From assembly GCA_965221595.1 (NCBI GenBank), contig OZ244900.1, positions 2,918,687 to 2,982,686 of the forward strand: a stretch of 64,000 bases of DNA. The letters are read 5' to 3'. Positions 46,341 through 55,068 of this stretch are shown here, in pieces (positions within the stretch are counted from its first letter, which is position 1; the number at the start of each line of letters is the position of its first letter). Under the pieces are notes generated by a model. That model did not search any database. It saw only the letters and a list, made by a program, of their open reading frames with translations, and had not been told where the DNA came from. This DNA is from Vicinamibacterales bacterium (lineage in GTDB: Bacteria > Acidobacteriota > Vicinamibacteria > Vicinamibacterales > UBA8438). The position numbers were made by a program, and so were the translations under genes.

Positions 46341-47483
46341 ATGCTGAACCCGTTCGACTTCCAACTGCGGACGCGGCTGGTCTTCGGCGCCGGCACCGTC
46401 GAACAGCTCGGCCACATCGCCCGCGAGCTGCGCTTCTCGAAGCCCCTCCTGGTGGCCGACCCCGGGCTGCGCGAGGCCGGGCACGTCGAGCGGGCGCTGC
46501 GCCTGCTGCGCGCCGCGGGTCTCGATCCGGTTCCCTTTCACGACTTCGACGTCAACCCGGACACCGTCATGGTCGAGCGCGGCCGCGCCTTCGCCGCACC
46601 GCACGGCGTGGACTCGATCGTCGGCGTCGGCGGGGGCAGCTCGCTCGACTGCGCCAAGGGCATCAACTTCCTGCTGACCAACGGCGGGGCGCTGGCCGAC
46701 TACCAGGGCTACGGCAAGGCATCGCAGCCGATGTTGCCGATGATCGCGGTGCCGACGACGGCGGGGACCGGGTCGGAAGCCCAGAGCTACGCCGTGATTG
46801 CGAACGCCGAGACCGGCCTGAAGATGGCCTGCGGCGACCCCAAGTGCGCGTTCCGGCTGGCGCTGCTCGACCCGGAGCTGACCCTGTCCCAGCCGGGGGC
46901 CGTGACCAGCGCGGCCGGCTTCGACGCCATCGCGCACGCGGTCGAGACCGCCGTGACCACGCGCCGCACCGCGCTCTCGACGGCCTTCTCGCACGAGGCG
47001 TTCCGTCTGCTGAGCAACAACTTCGAACGCGTCCTGGAGGCGCCGAGCGACGTCGACGCGCGCGCGGCGATGCACCTCGGCGCCGCGTTCGCCGGCATGG
47101 CCATCGAGCAGTCGATGCTGGGCGCCGCCCACGCCTGCGCCAATCCCCTGACCGCGCGCTACGGCATCACGCACGGCGTGGCGCTGGCCATCCTGCTGCC
47201 GCATATCGTGCGCCGCAACGCCGCGGCCGACCAGGACCTGTACGGCCCGCTGGTCACATCGACGATGAACGGGAGTGGCCGGGGGAGCGGCAACCATCTC
47301 GCCGAGCGGCTCGTCCAAATAGGCGAGGCCGGCGGCTTCCCGCACCGGTTGCGCGAGGCGGGCGTGGAGGAAGACGAGCTGGCGGCGCTGGCCGACCAGG
47401 CCGGCCGGCAGTGGACCGCGGCATTCAATCCGGTGCCGTTCGGCCACGTGGACGCTCTGGAGGTGTACCGATGCGCATACTGA
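46341..47483 (+). CDS. Iron-containing (group III) alcohol dehydrogenase
   Basis: 380-aa ORF with motifs GVGGGSSLDCAKG, VPTTAGTGSE, and histidines in AIAHAVE and HACANPL. Confidence 0.85.
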   Translation: MLNPFDFQLRTRLVFGAGTVEQLGHIARELRFSKPLLVADPGLREAGHVERALRLLRAAGLDPVPFHDFDVNPDTVMVERGRAFAAPHGVDSIVGVGGGSSLDCAKGINFLLTNGGALADYQGYGKASQPMLPMIAVPTTAGTGSEAQSYAVIANAETGLKMACGDPKCAFRLALLDPELTLSQPGAVTSAAGFDAIAHAVETAVTTRRTALSTAFSHEAFRLLSNNFERVLEAPSDVDARAAMHLGAAFAGMAIEQSMLGAAHACANPLTARYGITHGVALAILLPHIVRRNAAADQDLYGPLVTSTMNGSGRGSGNHLAERLVQIGEAGGFPHRLREAGVEEDELAALADQAGRQWTAAFNPVPFGHVDALEVYRCAY

Positions 47484-48601
47484 CGAGGGCATCGCTGGCA
47501 GCGGCGGTCGTCCTGCTGCCGGGTTCCCCGGCCGCGGCCCAATCGACCACCGCCGGCCCCGATGCGTGGGCCCAGTTCCGGGGTACGCCCGAGCTCAGCG
47601 GGGCGTCGCTGGCCAGCATCCCCGACGATCTCGAGCTGCTGTGGACCCTCGACGCGGGCGAATCGATAGACTCGTCCGCGGCCATCGCCGACGGCGTGGT
47701 CTACGTCGGGACCTACAGCGGCGAGCTGCTCGCCGTGGATCTCGAGACGGGGGCGGAGCGCTGGCGGTACACGGCCAGCGAGGAGATGGGGATCGGCGAG
47801 TCGTCGCCGGCGGTGAGCCACGGCCTCGTCTTCGTCGGCGATCTCGGCGGCGTCCTGCACGCGGTCGACGCCGCGACAGGCGCGGCGGTTTGGACATACC
47901 AGACCGAAGGCGAGATCAAGTCCTCGCCCGTCGTCTCGGGCGACACGGTGCTGATCGGCTCCTACGACGGCCACCTCTACGGTCTCGCGGCGGCCAGCGG
48001 AGAGTTCCTGTGGCGGCACGAGACGCTCAACTACGTGCACGCCACGCCGGCCGTGGTCGACGGTGTCGCGTACTTCGGAGGCTGCGACGAGATGTTCCGC
48101 GGCGTGCGCGTGTCCGACGGTGAAGAGGTCTTTGCCGTGCCGGCGGGCGCCTACACCGCAGCGTCGCCGACGACGGACGGCGACCGTGCCTACTTCGGCA
48201 CGTTCAACAACGAGGTGATTGGCATCGACCTGGCGTCGCAGGAGTTGCTGTGGCGCTACGAGCATCCGCGGCGGCACTTTCCGTTCTACTCGTCCGCGCT
48301 CAACATCGACGGGACCATCGTGATCGGGGGCCGCGACCGGATGGTGCACGCCATCGACCAGGCGTCCGGCGCGGCGCTGTGGACGTACATGACCCGGGCG
48401 CGCGTCGACTCTTCGCCGGCCGCAGCCGGCGGGCGCGTCTACATCGGCTCGGGCGACGGGCGCCTGTACGTGCTCGACCTGGCCACGGGCGAGAAGCTCT
48501 GGGAGTTCGATACCGGGGCGCCGCTGTCGGCGTCGCCGGCCATCGCCGCCGGCCGGCTCGTGATCGGCTCGCAGGACGGGGTGCTGTACTGTTTCGGCTG
48601 A
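47471..48601 (+). CDS. PQQ-like beta-propeller repeat protein (BamB-like fold), secreted
   Basis: Trimmed to ATG at 47471, overlapping the ADH end. Signal peptide LAAAVVLLPGSPAAAQ. Blade repeats: GAERWRY, GAAVWTY, GEFLWRH, QELLWRY, GAALWTY, GEKLWEF. Confidence 0.7.
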   Translation: MRILTRASLAAAVVLLPGSPAAAQSTTAGPDAWAQFRGTPELSGASLASIPDDLELLWTLDAGESIDSSAAIADGVVYVGTYSGELLAVDLETGAERWRYTASEEMGIGESSPAVSHGLVFVGDLGGVLHAVDAATGAAVWTYQTEGEIKSSPVVSGDTVLIGSYDGHLYGLAAASGEFLWRHETLNYVHATPAVVDGVAYFGGCDEMFRGVRVSDGEEVFAVPAGAYTAASPTTDGDRAYFGTFNNEVIGIDLASQELLWRYEHPRRHFPFYSSALNIDGTIVIGGRDRMVHAIDQASGAALWTYMTRARVDSSPAAAGGRVYIGSGDGRLYVLDLATGEKLWEFDTGAPLSASPAIAAGRLVIGSQDGVLYCFG

Positions 48602-48672
48602 TGCGCAGCCGCCGCGACCGGTGCACCCGCGCCGCCGCCGGGCAGCGCCTGCACCGGCAATCGATGCTGCCG

Positions 48673-48831
48673 GCAGCCCGTGGTGAACCCCGCGTCGCAC
48701 CGAGACGGGCGCTGTGCCTGTCTGCCAAGGCGTGACGAGGGAGCCTATCGGCCATATTCGACCGCGGAGCAACGCCATCAGACGGGATGCATCATCCGTC
48801 GAGTGCAGCGGGGGCTTTTGCCGCCGGCTGC
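48673..48831. repeat. Copy B of the ~160-nt structured intergenic element
   Basis: See copy A. The arms GCAGCCCGTGGT and GCCGCCGGCTGC pair with one mismatch and two G-U pairs. The element ends 10 nt before the radical SAM ATG. Confidence 0.75.
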
Positions 48832-48841
48832 TATAGTAGGC

Positions 48842-50176
48842 ATGATGACCGATGTTTCGCCTCCGGCGACCGCCGTCGAGACGGACGTCGGCAGCTACTT
48901 CGTCGCCAACTACCCGCCGTTCTCGGTCTGGACGTCGGAAGCCGTCGCCGAGGCGGCCCGCCCGGCGCTGGCAACCCCGCCGGCCGACGTGCCGCTCGGC
49001 CTCTACCTGCATATCCCGTTCTGCCGCAAGCGCTGCCACTTCTGCTACTTCCGGGTCTACACCGACCGCAACGCCCGCGAGGTGCAGTCGTACCTCGACG
49101 TGCTGGGCCGCGAGTGGGAGCTCTACGCCACCCAGCCCGCCATTGCCGGACGCCCGCTCGACTTCATCTACTTCGGCGGCGGTACGCCGTCGTTCCTGTC
49201 GGTCCGCCAGCTCCGGGGCCTGGTCGACCGGCTGTCGGCCGTCAGCCCCTGGTCGACCGCCGCCGAGATTACCTTCGAGTGCGAGCCGGGCACGCTCACC
49301 GAACCGAAGCTCGCCGCCATCCGCGAGCTCGGGGTCACGCGCTTGAGCCTCGGCGTCGAGCACTTCGACGACCGCATCCTGGAGCTCAACGGGCGCGCGC
49401 ATCGCTCGGCCGAGATCTTCCGCGCGTACGAGTTCGCGCGCTCGATCGGCTTCCCGCAGATCAACATCGACCTGATTGCCGGCATGCTCGGCGAGACCGA
49501 CTCCCAGTGGCGGGACGCCGTGCAGCGGGTCATCGCGCTCGACCCGGACAGCGTCACCATCTACCAGATGGAGCTGCCGTTCAACACGACGATCAGCGGC
49601 GACAAGCTGAGCGGCGGCGGCCAGTTCCAGGAGACCGTAGCGCCCTGGGCCACCAAGCGCCGCTGGGTGGACGAAGCCTTCGCCGCGCTCGAGCGCGCGG
49701 GCTACGCCATAGGCAGCGCGTACACCGCCGTCAAGGACCCGGCGCGTACCCGGTTCGTCTACCGCGACCGGCTCTGGGAGGGCGCCGACCTGGCGGGGCT
49801 CGGCGTGGCGTCGTTCGGCCACGTCAACGGCGTCCACATGCAGAACCTCGACTCGTGGGGCGCCTACGCCGCAGCGGTCGAGGCCGGCCGCATCCCGCTG
49901 AACCGCGCCTACCGCCCGACGGAGGAGGAGCGCCTCATCCGCGAGCTCGTGCTGCAGCTCAAGCTGGGCTCCATCCGTCCCGCCTACTTCCGGGACAAGT
50001 ACGGCGTCGACCCGCGCGACCGGTTTCCCGGCCAGCTCGCATCGCTCGACCGCGACGGCTACCTGGCCGAAGCGTCGCCGGACGCGGTTCGCCTGTCGCG
50101 CGACGGCCTGCTGCGCGTCGACAGCCTGCTGCCCCGCTTCTTCCTCCCGGCGCACACGGACATCCGCTACACGTAG
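48842..50176 (+). CDS. HemN-like (class C) radical SAM protein, coproporphyrinogen-III oxidase family
   Basis: Trimmed to ATG at 48842. The CX3CX2C motif occurs in LYLHIPFCRKRCHFCYF, with further motifs YFGGGTPS and INIDLIAG, and a HemN_C-like tail. The function cannot be told from sequence alone (HemN/HemW versus methyltransferase type). Confidence 0.8.
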   Translation: MMTDVSPPATAVETDVGSYFVANYPPFSVWTSEAVAEAARPALATPPADVPLGLYLHIPFCRKRCHFCYFRVYTDRNAREVQSYLDVLGREWELYATQPAIAGRPLDFIYFGGGTPSFLSVRQLRGLVDRLSAVSPWSTAAEITFECEPGTLTEPKLAAIRELGVTRLSLGVEHFDDRILELNGRAHRSAEIFRAYEFARSIGFPQINIDLIAGMLGETDSQWRDAVQRVIALDPDSVTIYQMELPFNTTISGDKLSGGGQFQETVAPWATKRRWVDEAFAALERAGYAIGSAYTAVKDPARTRFVYRDRLWEGADLAGLGVASFGHVNGVHMQNLDSWGAYAAAVEAGRIPLNRAYRPTEEERLIRELVLQLKLGSIRPAYFRDKYGVDPRDRFPGQLASLDRDGYLAEASPDAVRLSRDGLLRVDSLLPRFFLPAHTDIRYT

Positions 50177-50425
50177 GTGGTGCGCAAGCAGGCTCGGGAA
50201 CTTTCCGTGGAACTTCAGCGCACCCCCTCCGTGCCGAGTCGAGACGAGGCACTGCGTCGCAATCCGAAGATCGACGTCGCGCTGGTGGCCGCGCACGAGC
50301 GTCTGGAGCACCAGCTCAGACGACTCGGCGTAATAATCAAGCCCGACTACGGCATCGAGCCGCCCTTCGGTCGACGGCCGCGCAGGCTGCACAATCACAG
50401 CCGCCCGATGACGCGCAATTCTTGA
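50177..50425 (+). CDS. Hypothetical 82-aa basic protein (candidate)
   Basis: The GTG start directly follows the radical SAM stop, and the ORF ends 19 nt before the next gene, so it fills what would otherwise be a 268-nt gap in a tightly packed array. Third-position GC is moderate and there are no cysteines. I recognise no homology. Confidence 0.4.
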   Translation: MVRKQARELSVELQRTPSVPSRDEALRRNPKIDVALVAAHERLEHQLRRLGVIIKPDYGIEPPFGRRPRRLHNHSRPMTRNS

Positions 50426-50444
50426 CTGCTGACGACGACTCCAC

Positions 50445-51005
50445 ATGCCGAGGCCCAAGGGAACAACGAGCCGGCGCGGGCCGCTGTATCCGCTCGACCT
50501 GGTCTACCGGCGGGCCGGCATCGCTGTCCCGGCGTTCGAAGTAGTGGCGCCGGACGACATCCCGCTGCCCTACCGCGCGCTGCTGGTGCACGACGCCGAC
50601 ATGACGCTGACCCTCGAACGGCACTTCGGCGGGCGCGTGGTGCTGCGGCCGTTGTCGACCTTCGCGCTGGGCGGCTCGTACTTCCGCCGCGTGCTGCTCG
50701 TGCAGGAGTACGCGGGCCAGCCGGTCGAGATGGGGGCAATCCGGATGGAGCTCGACGCGTTCGATGCGCCGCTGCGCCGGCAGATTCTCGACAACGAGAT
50801 CCCGCTCGGGAGCATCCTGCGCGACGGGCGCTTCGAGTACACCAGCCGTGTCAAGGCGTTCCTGCAACTGCTGCCCAACCCCGAGATGATGGGCGTCTTC
50901 TGGATGCGCGAGCCGCGCGTGCTCTACGGCCGGCGCACCGAGATCGTCCGCCGCGGCCGGAAGATCGGCGACATCGTCGAGGTGCTGCCGCTGGTGATAC
51001 GATGA
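50445..51005 (+). CDS. Chorismate lyase-like (UbiC / DUF98 fold) protein
   Basis: 186-aa ORF whose pattern (LLVHDADMTLTLERHFG, YFRRVLL, IPLGSILRD, YGRRTEI) resembles the Chor_lyase family. The assignment is from memory only. The stop overlaps the next ATG (ATGA). Confidence 0.5.
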   Translation: MPRPKGTTSRRGPLYPLDLVYRRAGIAVPAFEVVAPDDIPLPYRALLVHDADMTLTLERHFGGRVVLRPLSTFALGGSYFRRVLLVQEYAGQPVEMGAIRMELDAFDAPLRRQILDNEIPLGSILRDGRFEYTSRVKAFLQLLPNPEMMGVFWMREPRVLYGRRTEIVRRGRKIGDIVEVLPLVIR

Positions 51006-52327
51006 ACGGGATGGGCACGCGGGGCAACGGCGCGGGGTACGACTGCGTCGTCATCGGCGGCGGACCGGCAGGCAGCACGACGGCGACGGTGCTGGCCCAG
51101 CACGGGCGGCGCGTGCTGCTCCTCGAACGCGAGCCGTTTCCGCGCTACCACATCGGCGAGTCGCTGATGCCGTACACCTGGTTCACCTTCGAGCGGCTGG
51201 GCGTCCTCGACTGGTTCCCGCAAGCGGCGTGCCCCAAGAAGTACTCCGTGCAGTTCGTCTCGACGACGGGCGCGGTCTCGCAGCCGTTCTACTTCTTCGA
51301 GACGATCAAGCACGAGTGCTCCACCACCTGGCAGGTGGTCCGCAGCGACTTCGACCGCATGCTGCTGGAGAACGCCCGCGACAAGGGCGTCGACGTGCGC
51401 CAGGGGGTTGCGGTGCGTGACCTCGTGATGCAGGGCGGCCGGGCGGTGGGGGTGACCGCGGACGTCAAGGGCGGCAGCCGGGAGGAGTTCCGCGCGGACG
51501 CCGTCGTCGATGCCTCGGGACGCGACACGCTGCTGGCCGGGCGGCTGGGTTGGAAGCGGCGCGACCCGGACCTGAACAAGATCGCCATCTTCACCTACTT
51601 CAAGGGTGCGGTACGCGACCCGGGCCTGGACGAGGGGGCCACGACGGTCGCCTACATCCCGGACAAGGGCTGGTTCTGGTACATCCCGCTCCCCGCCGAC
51701 GTGGTCAGCGTCGGCGTCGTGGCCGAGGCCGACTATCTCTATCGCGGCACGCGCGACCCGCGGGCGATCTTCTTCCGCGAGGCGGAAGACTGCCTCTGGA
51801 TTCGCGACCACCTGCGCCCGGCCGAGCACATCGCGCCGGTGCGGGTCACCGGCGAGTTCAGCTACCGCTCGACGGAGATCGGCGGCGACGGCTTCTGTCT
51901 GGCCGGCGACGCGTTCTCCTTTCTCGATCCCGTCTTCTCGACCGGCGTCTTCCTGGCGCTCAAGAGCGGCGAGATGGCCGGCGACGCAATCCACCGCGGC
52001 CTGGACGCGGGCGCCATCAACGCGTCCACGTTCGGGGACTACCGGCGCGACCTCAACTGGGCGCTGGACCAGTTCCGCCGGCTCGTCCTGTCGTTCTATG
52101 ATCAGACGTTCAGCTTCCGGGAATTCGTCAAGGCGCACCCGGATCTGCATCCGCGGCTGGTGGACGCGCTGGTGGGCAATGTCTTCGCCGACCTGCGCGA
52201 GCTGTTCGACGCGCTCGGCCGGTTCGCCGAGCGCTCCCCGCGCGCGGACGGCGCGAGCGACGGCGCATGTCAACCACAGGCTCCGGAACAGACCCCGGCC
52301 ACCCCGTGGTCAGCCGGCACCGGCTGA
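51002..52327 (+). CDS. FAD-dependent oxidoreductase of the flavin-dependent halogenase-like family
   Basis: Motifs GXGXXG (VVIGGGPAGS), FPRYHIGESLMP, WxWxIP (GWFWYIPL, 51671-51688), and FSFLDPVFSTGV. Confidence 0.7.
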   Translation: MNGMGTRGNGAGYDCVVIGGGPAGSTTATVLAQHGRRVLLLEREPFPRYHIGESLMPYTWFTFERLGVLDWFPQAACPKKYSVQFVSTTGAVSQPFYFFETIKHECSTTWQVVRSDFDRMLLENARDKGVDVRQGVAVRDLVMQGGRAVGVTADVKGGSREEFRADAVVDASGRDTLLAGRLGWKRRDPDLNKIAIFTYFKGAVRDPGLDEGATTVAYIPDKGWFWYIPLPADVVSVGVVAEADYLYRGTRDPRAIFFREAEDCLWIRDHLRPAEHIAPVRVTGEFSYRSTEIGGDGFCLAGDAFSFLDPVFSTGVFLALKSGEMAGDAIHRGLDAGAINASTFGDYRRDLNWALDQFRRLVLSFYDQTFSFREFVKAHPDLHPRLVDALVGNVFADLRELFDALGRFAERSPRADGASDGACQPQAPEQTPATPWSAGTG

Positions 52328-52731
52328 GCCGGCGCGTCCAGTTCTACGAGACCGACGCCGCCGGGATCGTCCACTTCAGCTGGTTCTACCGCTACATGGA
52401 AGAGGCCGAGCACGCCCTCTGGCGCGCCGCCGGCCTCAGCATCACCCCGCCGCCCGAAGCCGGCATCGGCTTTCCCCGGGTCGCGGCGTCGTTCGACTTC
52501 CGCCGGCCGCTGCGTTTCGAGGACGAGTTCGAGGTCGAGATTGCCATCGCCGCCATCGGCGAGAAGTCCATCCGCTACAGCGCGCGCGTCGAGAAGGACG
52601 GGACGGTAATCGCCACCGGCAGCCTGACCATCGCCTGCGTGCGCAAGCAGGCCGGCGAGCCCATGCGGGCCACGGCCATACCCGCCGCGATCGCCCGGCG
52701 CCTGCAGGTGGACGGCGCGGCCTCAGCCTGA
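52267..52731 (+). CDS. 4HBT (YbgC/4-hydroxybenzoyl-CoA thioesterase-like) hotdog thioesterase
   Basis: Pattern RVQFYETDAAGIVHFSWFYRYMEEAEHALWR. An alternative GTG start at 52306 would shorten the overlap with the upstream gene. Confidence 0.75.
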   Translation: MSTTGSGTDPGHPVVSRHRLSRRVQFYETDAAGIVHFSWFYRYMEEAEHALWRAAGLSITPPPEAGIGFPRVAASFDFRRPLRFEDEFEVEIAIAAIGEKSIRYSARVEKDGTVIATGSLTIACVRKQAGEPMRATAIPAAIARRLQVDGAASA

Positions 52732-52741
52732 GCGTGAACCG

Positions 52742-54055
52742 ATGCCGGACGAGACGCCGGTCCCGGCCGGCGAACGTCAGCCGCGCGAGGCACTCGCCGC
52801 GCAACAGGCCGAGCGGCTGCGGCAGCTGCTGCGCGCCATCGACGGGCACAACCCGTTCTACACCGCCAAGCTGCGGCAGGGCGGCATCGCGCCGACGGAC
52901 CTCGTCCTGCCCCGCGACCTCGACCGGCTCCCGCTGACCACCAAGGCGGAGCTGGTCGCGGACCAGGACGCGGCGCCGCCGTGGGGCACGGTGCTCACGT
53001 ATCCGCTCGCATGCTACACGCGCTACAACCAGACCTCGTCGACGACGGGGCGCCCGCTCCGGTGGCTCGACACGACGGAGAGCTGGCAGTGGATGCTCGA
53101 CTGCTGGCGGGCCGTGTACCGCGGGGCACGCGTCGGGCCGGACGACCGCATCCTGTTCCCGTTCTCGTTCGGGCCGTTCCTCGGATTCTGGACCGCATTC
53201 GACGCCGGCACCCAGCTCGGCGCCCACTGCGTGCCGGCGGGCGGGATGACGAGCGAGGCGCGCCTGGCCCTGATCGACGTCGTGCGTCCGACGGTAGTCT
53301 GCTGCACGCCGACCTACGCCCTGCGGCTGGTCGAGGTGGCCCGGCAGGTGCGCCGCGCCGCCCCCCCGCTGGCGGATGGCCCGGTGCGCGTGCTGATCGT
53401 GGCGGGCGAGCCGGGCGGCAGCATCCCCGCCACCCGCGCGCAGATCGAGCGGGGCTGGGGAGCGCGCGTCATCGATCACCACGGCCTGACCGAGGTCGGA
53501 CCCGTCAGCTTCGAGTGCTGGGACAACCCGGGGGCCGTGCATCTCAACGAGTGCGAGTACATCGCCGAGGTGCTCGACCCGGACAGCGGACAGCCGGTGC
53601 CAACCGGTGAGCCGGGCGAGCTGGTCCTCACCAACCTGGGCCGCACGGCCAGTCCCCTGATCCGCTATCGGACCGGCGACCTCGTGGTTCTCGATACGGA
53701 CCGCTGCGCCTGCGGCCGGACGCTCGCCCGGCTCGACGGCGGCATCCGCTCCCGCATCGACGACATGGTCCACGTGAGCGGCGTGAACGTCTACCCGGCC
53801 GCCATCGAGTCCGTGGTGCGCGCCGTTGCCGAGGTGGTCGAGTACCGGGCAACCATCGCCCCGCGCGGCGCGCTGCGGGCAGTGACGGTCGAGGTCGAGA
53901 TCGACCCGGCGGTTGCGCGGCCCGAGGCCGTCTGCCGGCGCACCGAGCAGCAGCTGCGGGCAGCGCTGGGCCTGACGGTCCCGGTCACGGCGGTGGCCGC
54001 CGGCAGCCTGCCGCGCTTCGAGATGAAGGCCCGGCGCTGTGTCGTAGTACCATAG
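52742..54055 (+). CDS. Phenylacetate-CoA ligase (PaaK) / F390-synthetase-like adenylating enzyme
   Basis: 437-aa ORF with patterns NPFYTAKL, LPLTTKAEL, YNQTSSTTGRPL, VVCCTPTYALRL, TNLGRTASPLIRYRTGDL. Confidence 0.8.
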   Translation: MPDETPVPAGERQPREALAAQQAERLRQLLRAIDGHNPFYTAKLRQGGIAPTDLVLPRDLDRLPLTTKAELVADQDAAPPWGTVLTYPLACYTRYNQTSSTTGRPLRWLDTTESWQWMLDCWRAVYRGARVGPDDRILFPFSFGPFLGFWTAFDAGTQLGAHCVPAGGMTSEARLALIDVVRPTVVCCTPTYALRLVEVARQVRRAAPPLADGPVRVLIVAGEPGGSIPATRAQIERGWGARVIDHHGLTEVGPVSFECWDNPGAVHLNECEYIAEVLDPDSGQPVPTGEPGELVLTNLGRTASPLIRYRTGDLVVLDTDRCACGRTLARLDGGIRSRIDDMVHVSGVNVYPAAIESVVRAVAEVVEYRATIAPRGALRAVTVEVEIDPAVARPEAVCRRTEQQLRAALGLTVPVTAVAAGSLPRFEMKARRCVVVP

Positions 54056-54061
54056 GCGGAT

Positions 54062-55060
54062 ATGCAACGCCACGTACCGCTCGCCTCACGGCTGCTGCCG
54101 CTTCTCGTCGTGCTCGCGCTGACCGCTGCCTGCGGCGGCGGAGACGCGGGGGACGCCGGCGATGCGCCGCAGCGCCGGTTCCTCAGCATGGGCACCGCAC
54201 CCCCCGGCGGCGCCTTCTTCGTAGTCGGGAGCGCACTCGCGGAGGCGCTCAACGAGACGGCCACGGCGCTCGGCTACAGCGTGACGGCCGAGGCGACGAG
54301 CGGGTCGCAGGAGAACATCCGGCGGCTCGCGAGCGGCGAGCTCGATCTGGCGCTGTCGAACGCGGCCATCACGTACTTCGCCGTGCGCGGGACCGAGGGC
54401 TGGGACCGCGCCTATCCCGTCCGCTCGGTCATGACGCTCGCGCCCAACGTGGCCCTGTTCGTGACGCAGACCTCGTCGGGCATCGCCGCCCTCGACGACC
54501 TGCGCGGACGGCGCGTCACGGTGGGTCCGGCGGGAGCCGGCTTCGAGTACTTCGTGGGGCCGCTGCTCGCAGCGCACGGGGTCACCTACGACGACTTCTC
54601 GCCGCTCAACGCCACGCAGCAGGCGGCCGTCGACATGCTCACGGACGGATCGGCGGACGCGACCTTTCTCGGAGGCGCGGTGCCGACGGCCTCAATCACG
54701 CAGGCGGCGGCCTCGCTGGAGCTGACGTTCATCCCGTTCGGGGAGACGGCGAAGCAACAACTGATCGACGAGTACCTCTTCTTCCGGCCGGCAACCATCC
54801 CGGCCGAGACGTACCGCGGGCAGGCCGAGGCATTCGAAGGACTCGACGTCGGTTCGATGCATCTCATCACGTCGGCCGACGCGCCCGACGACCTGATCTA
54901 CAACACGACCAGGCTGCTGTATGAGAATCAGGCGCTGGTCGTCGAGAAGCACGCAGCCGGGCGGGCGATCAACGCGCGCAATGTCGTGCGCGACACCGGC
55001 ACGCAGTTCCATCCCGCCGCGATTCGCTTCTACCAGGAAGTCGGGATCTGGCCGCAGTAG
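54062..55060 (+). CDS. TAXI family TRAP transporter solute-binding lipoprotein
   Basis: Lipobox LALTAAC. TAXI pattern MGTAPPGGAFFVVGSALAE, SGSQENIRRL, HPAAIRFYQEVG. Confidence 0.85.
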   Translation: MQRHVPLASRLLPLLVVLALTAACGGGDAGDAGDAPQRRFLSMGTAPPGGAFFVVGSALAEALNETATALGYSVTAEATSGSQENIRRLASGELDLALSNAAITYFAVRGTEGWDRAYPVRSVMTLAPNVALFVTQTSSGIAALDDLRGRRVTVGPAGAGFEYFVGPLLAAHGVTYDDFSPLNATQQAAVDMLTDGSADATFLGGAVPTASITQAAASLELTFIPFGETAKQQLIDEYLFFRPATIPAETYRGQAEAFEGLDVGSMHLITSADAPDDLIYNTTRLLYENQALVVEKHAAGRAINARNVVRDTGTQFHPAAIRFYQEVGIWPQ

Positions 55061-55068
55061 GCCGCGCC

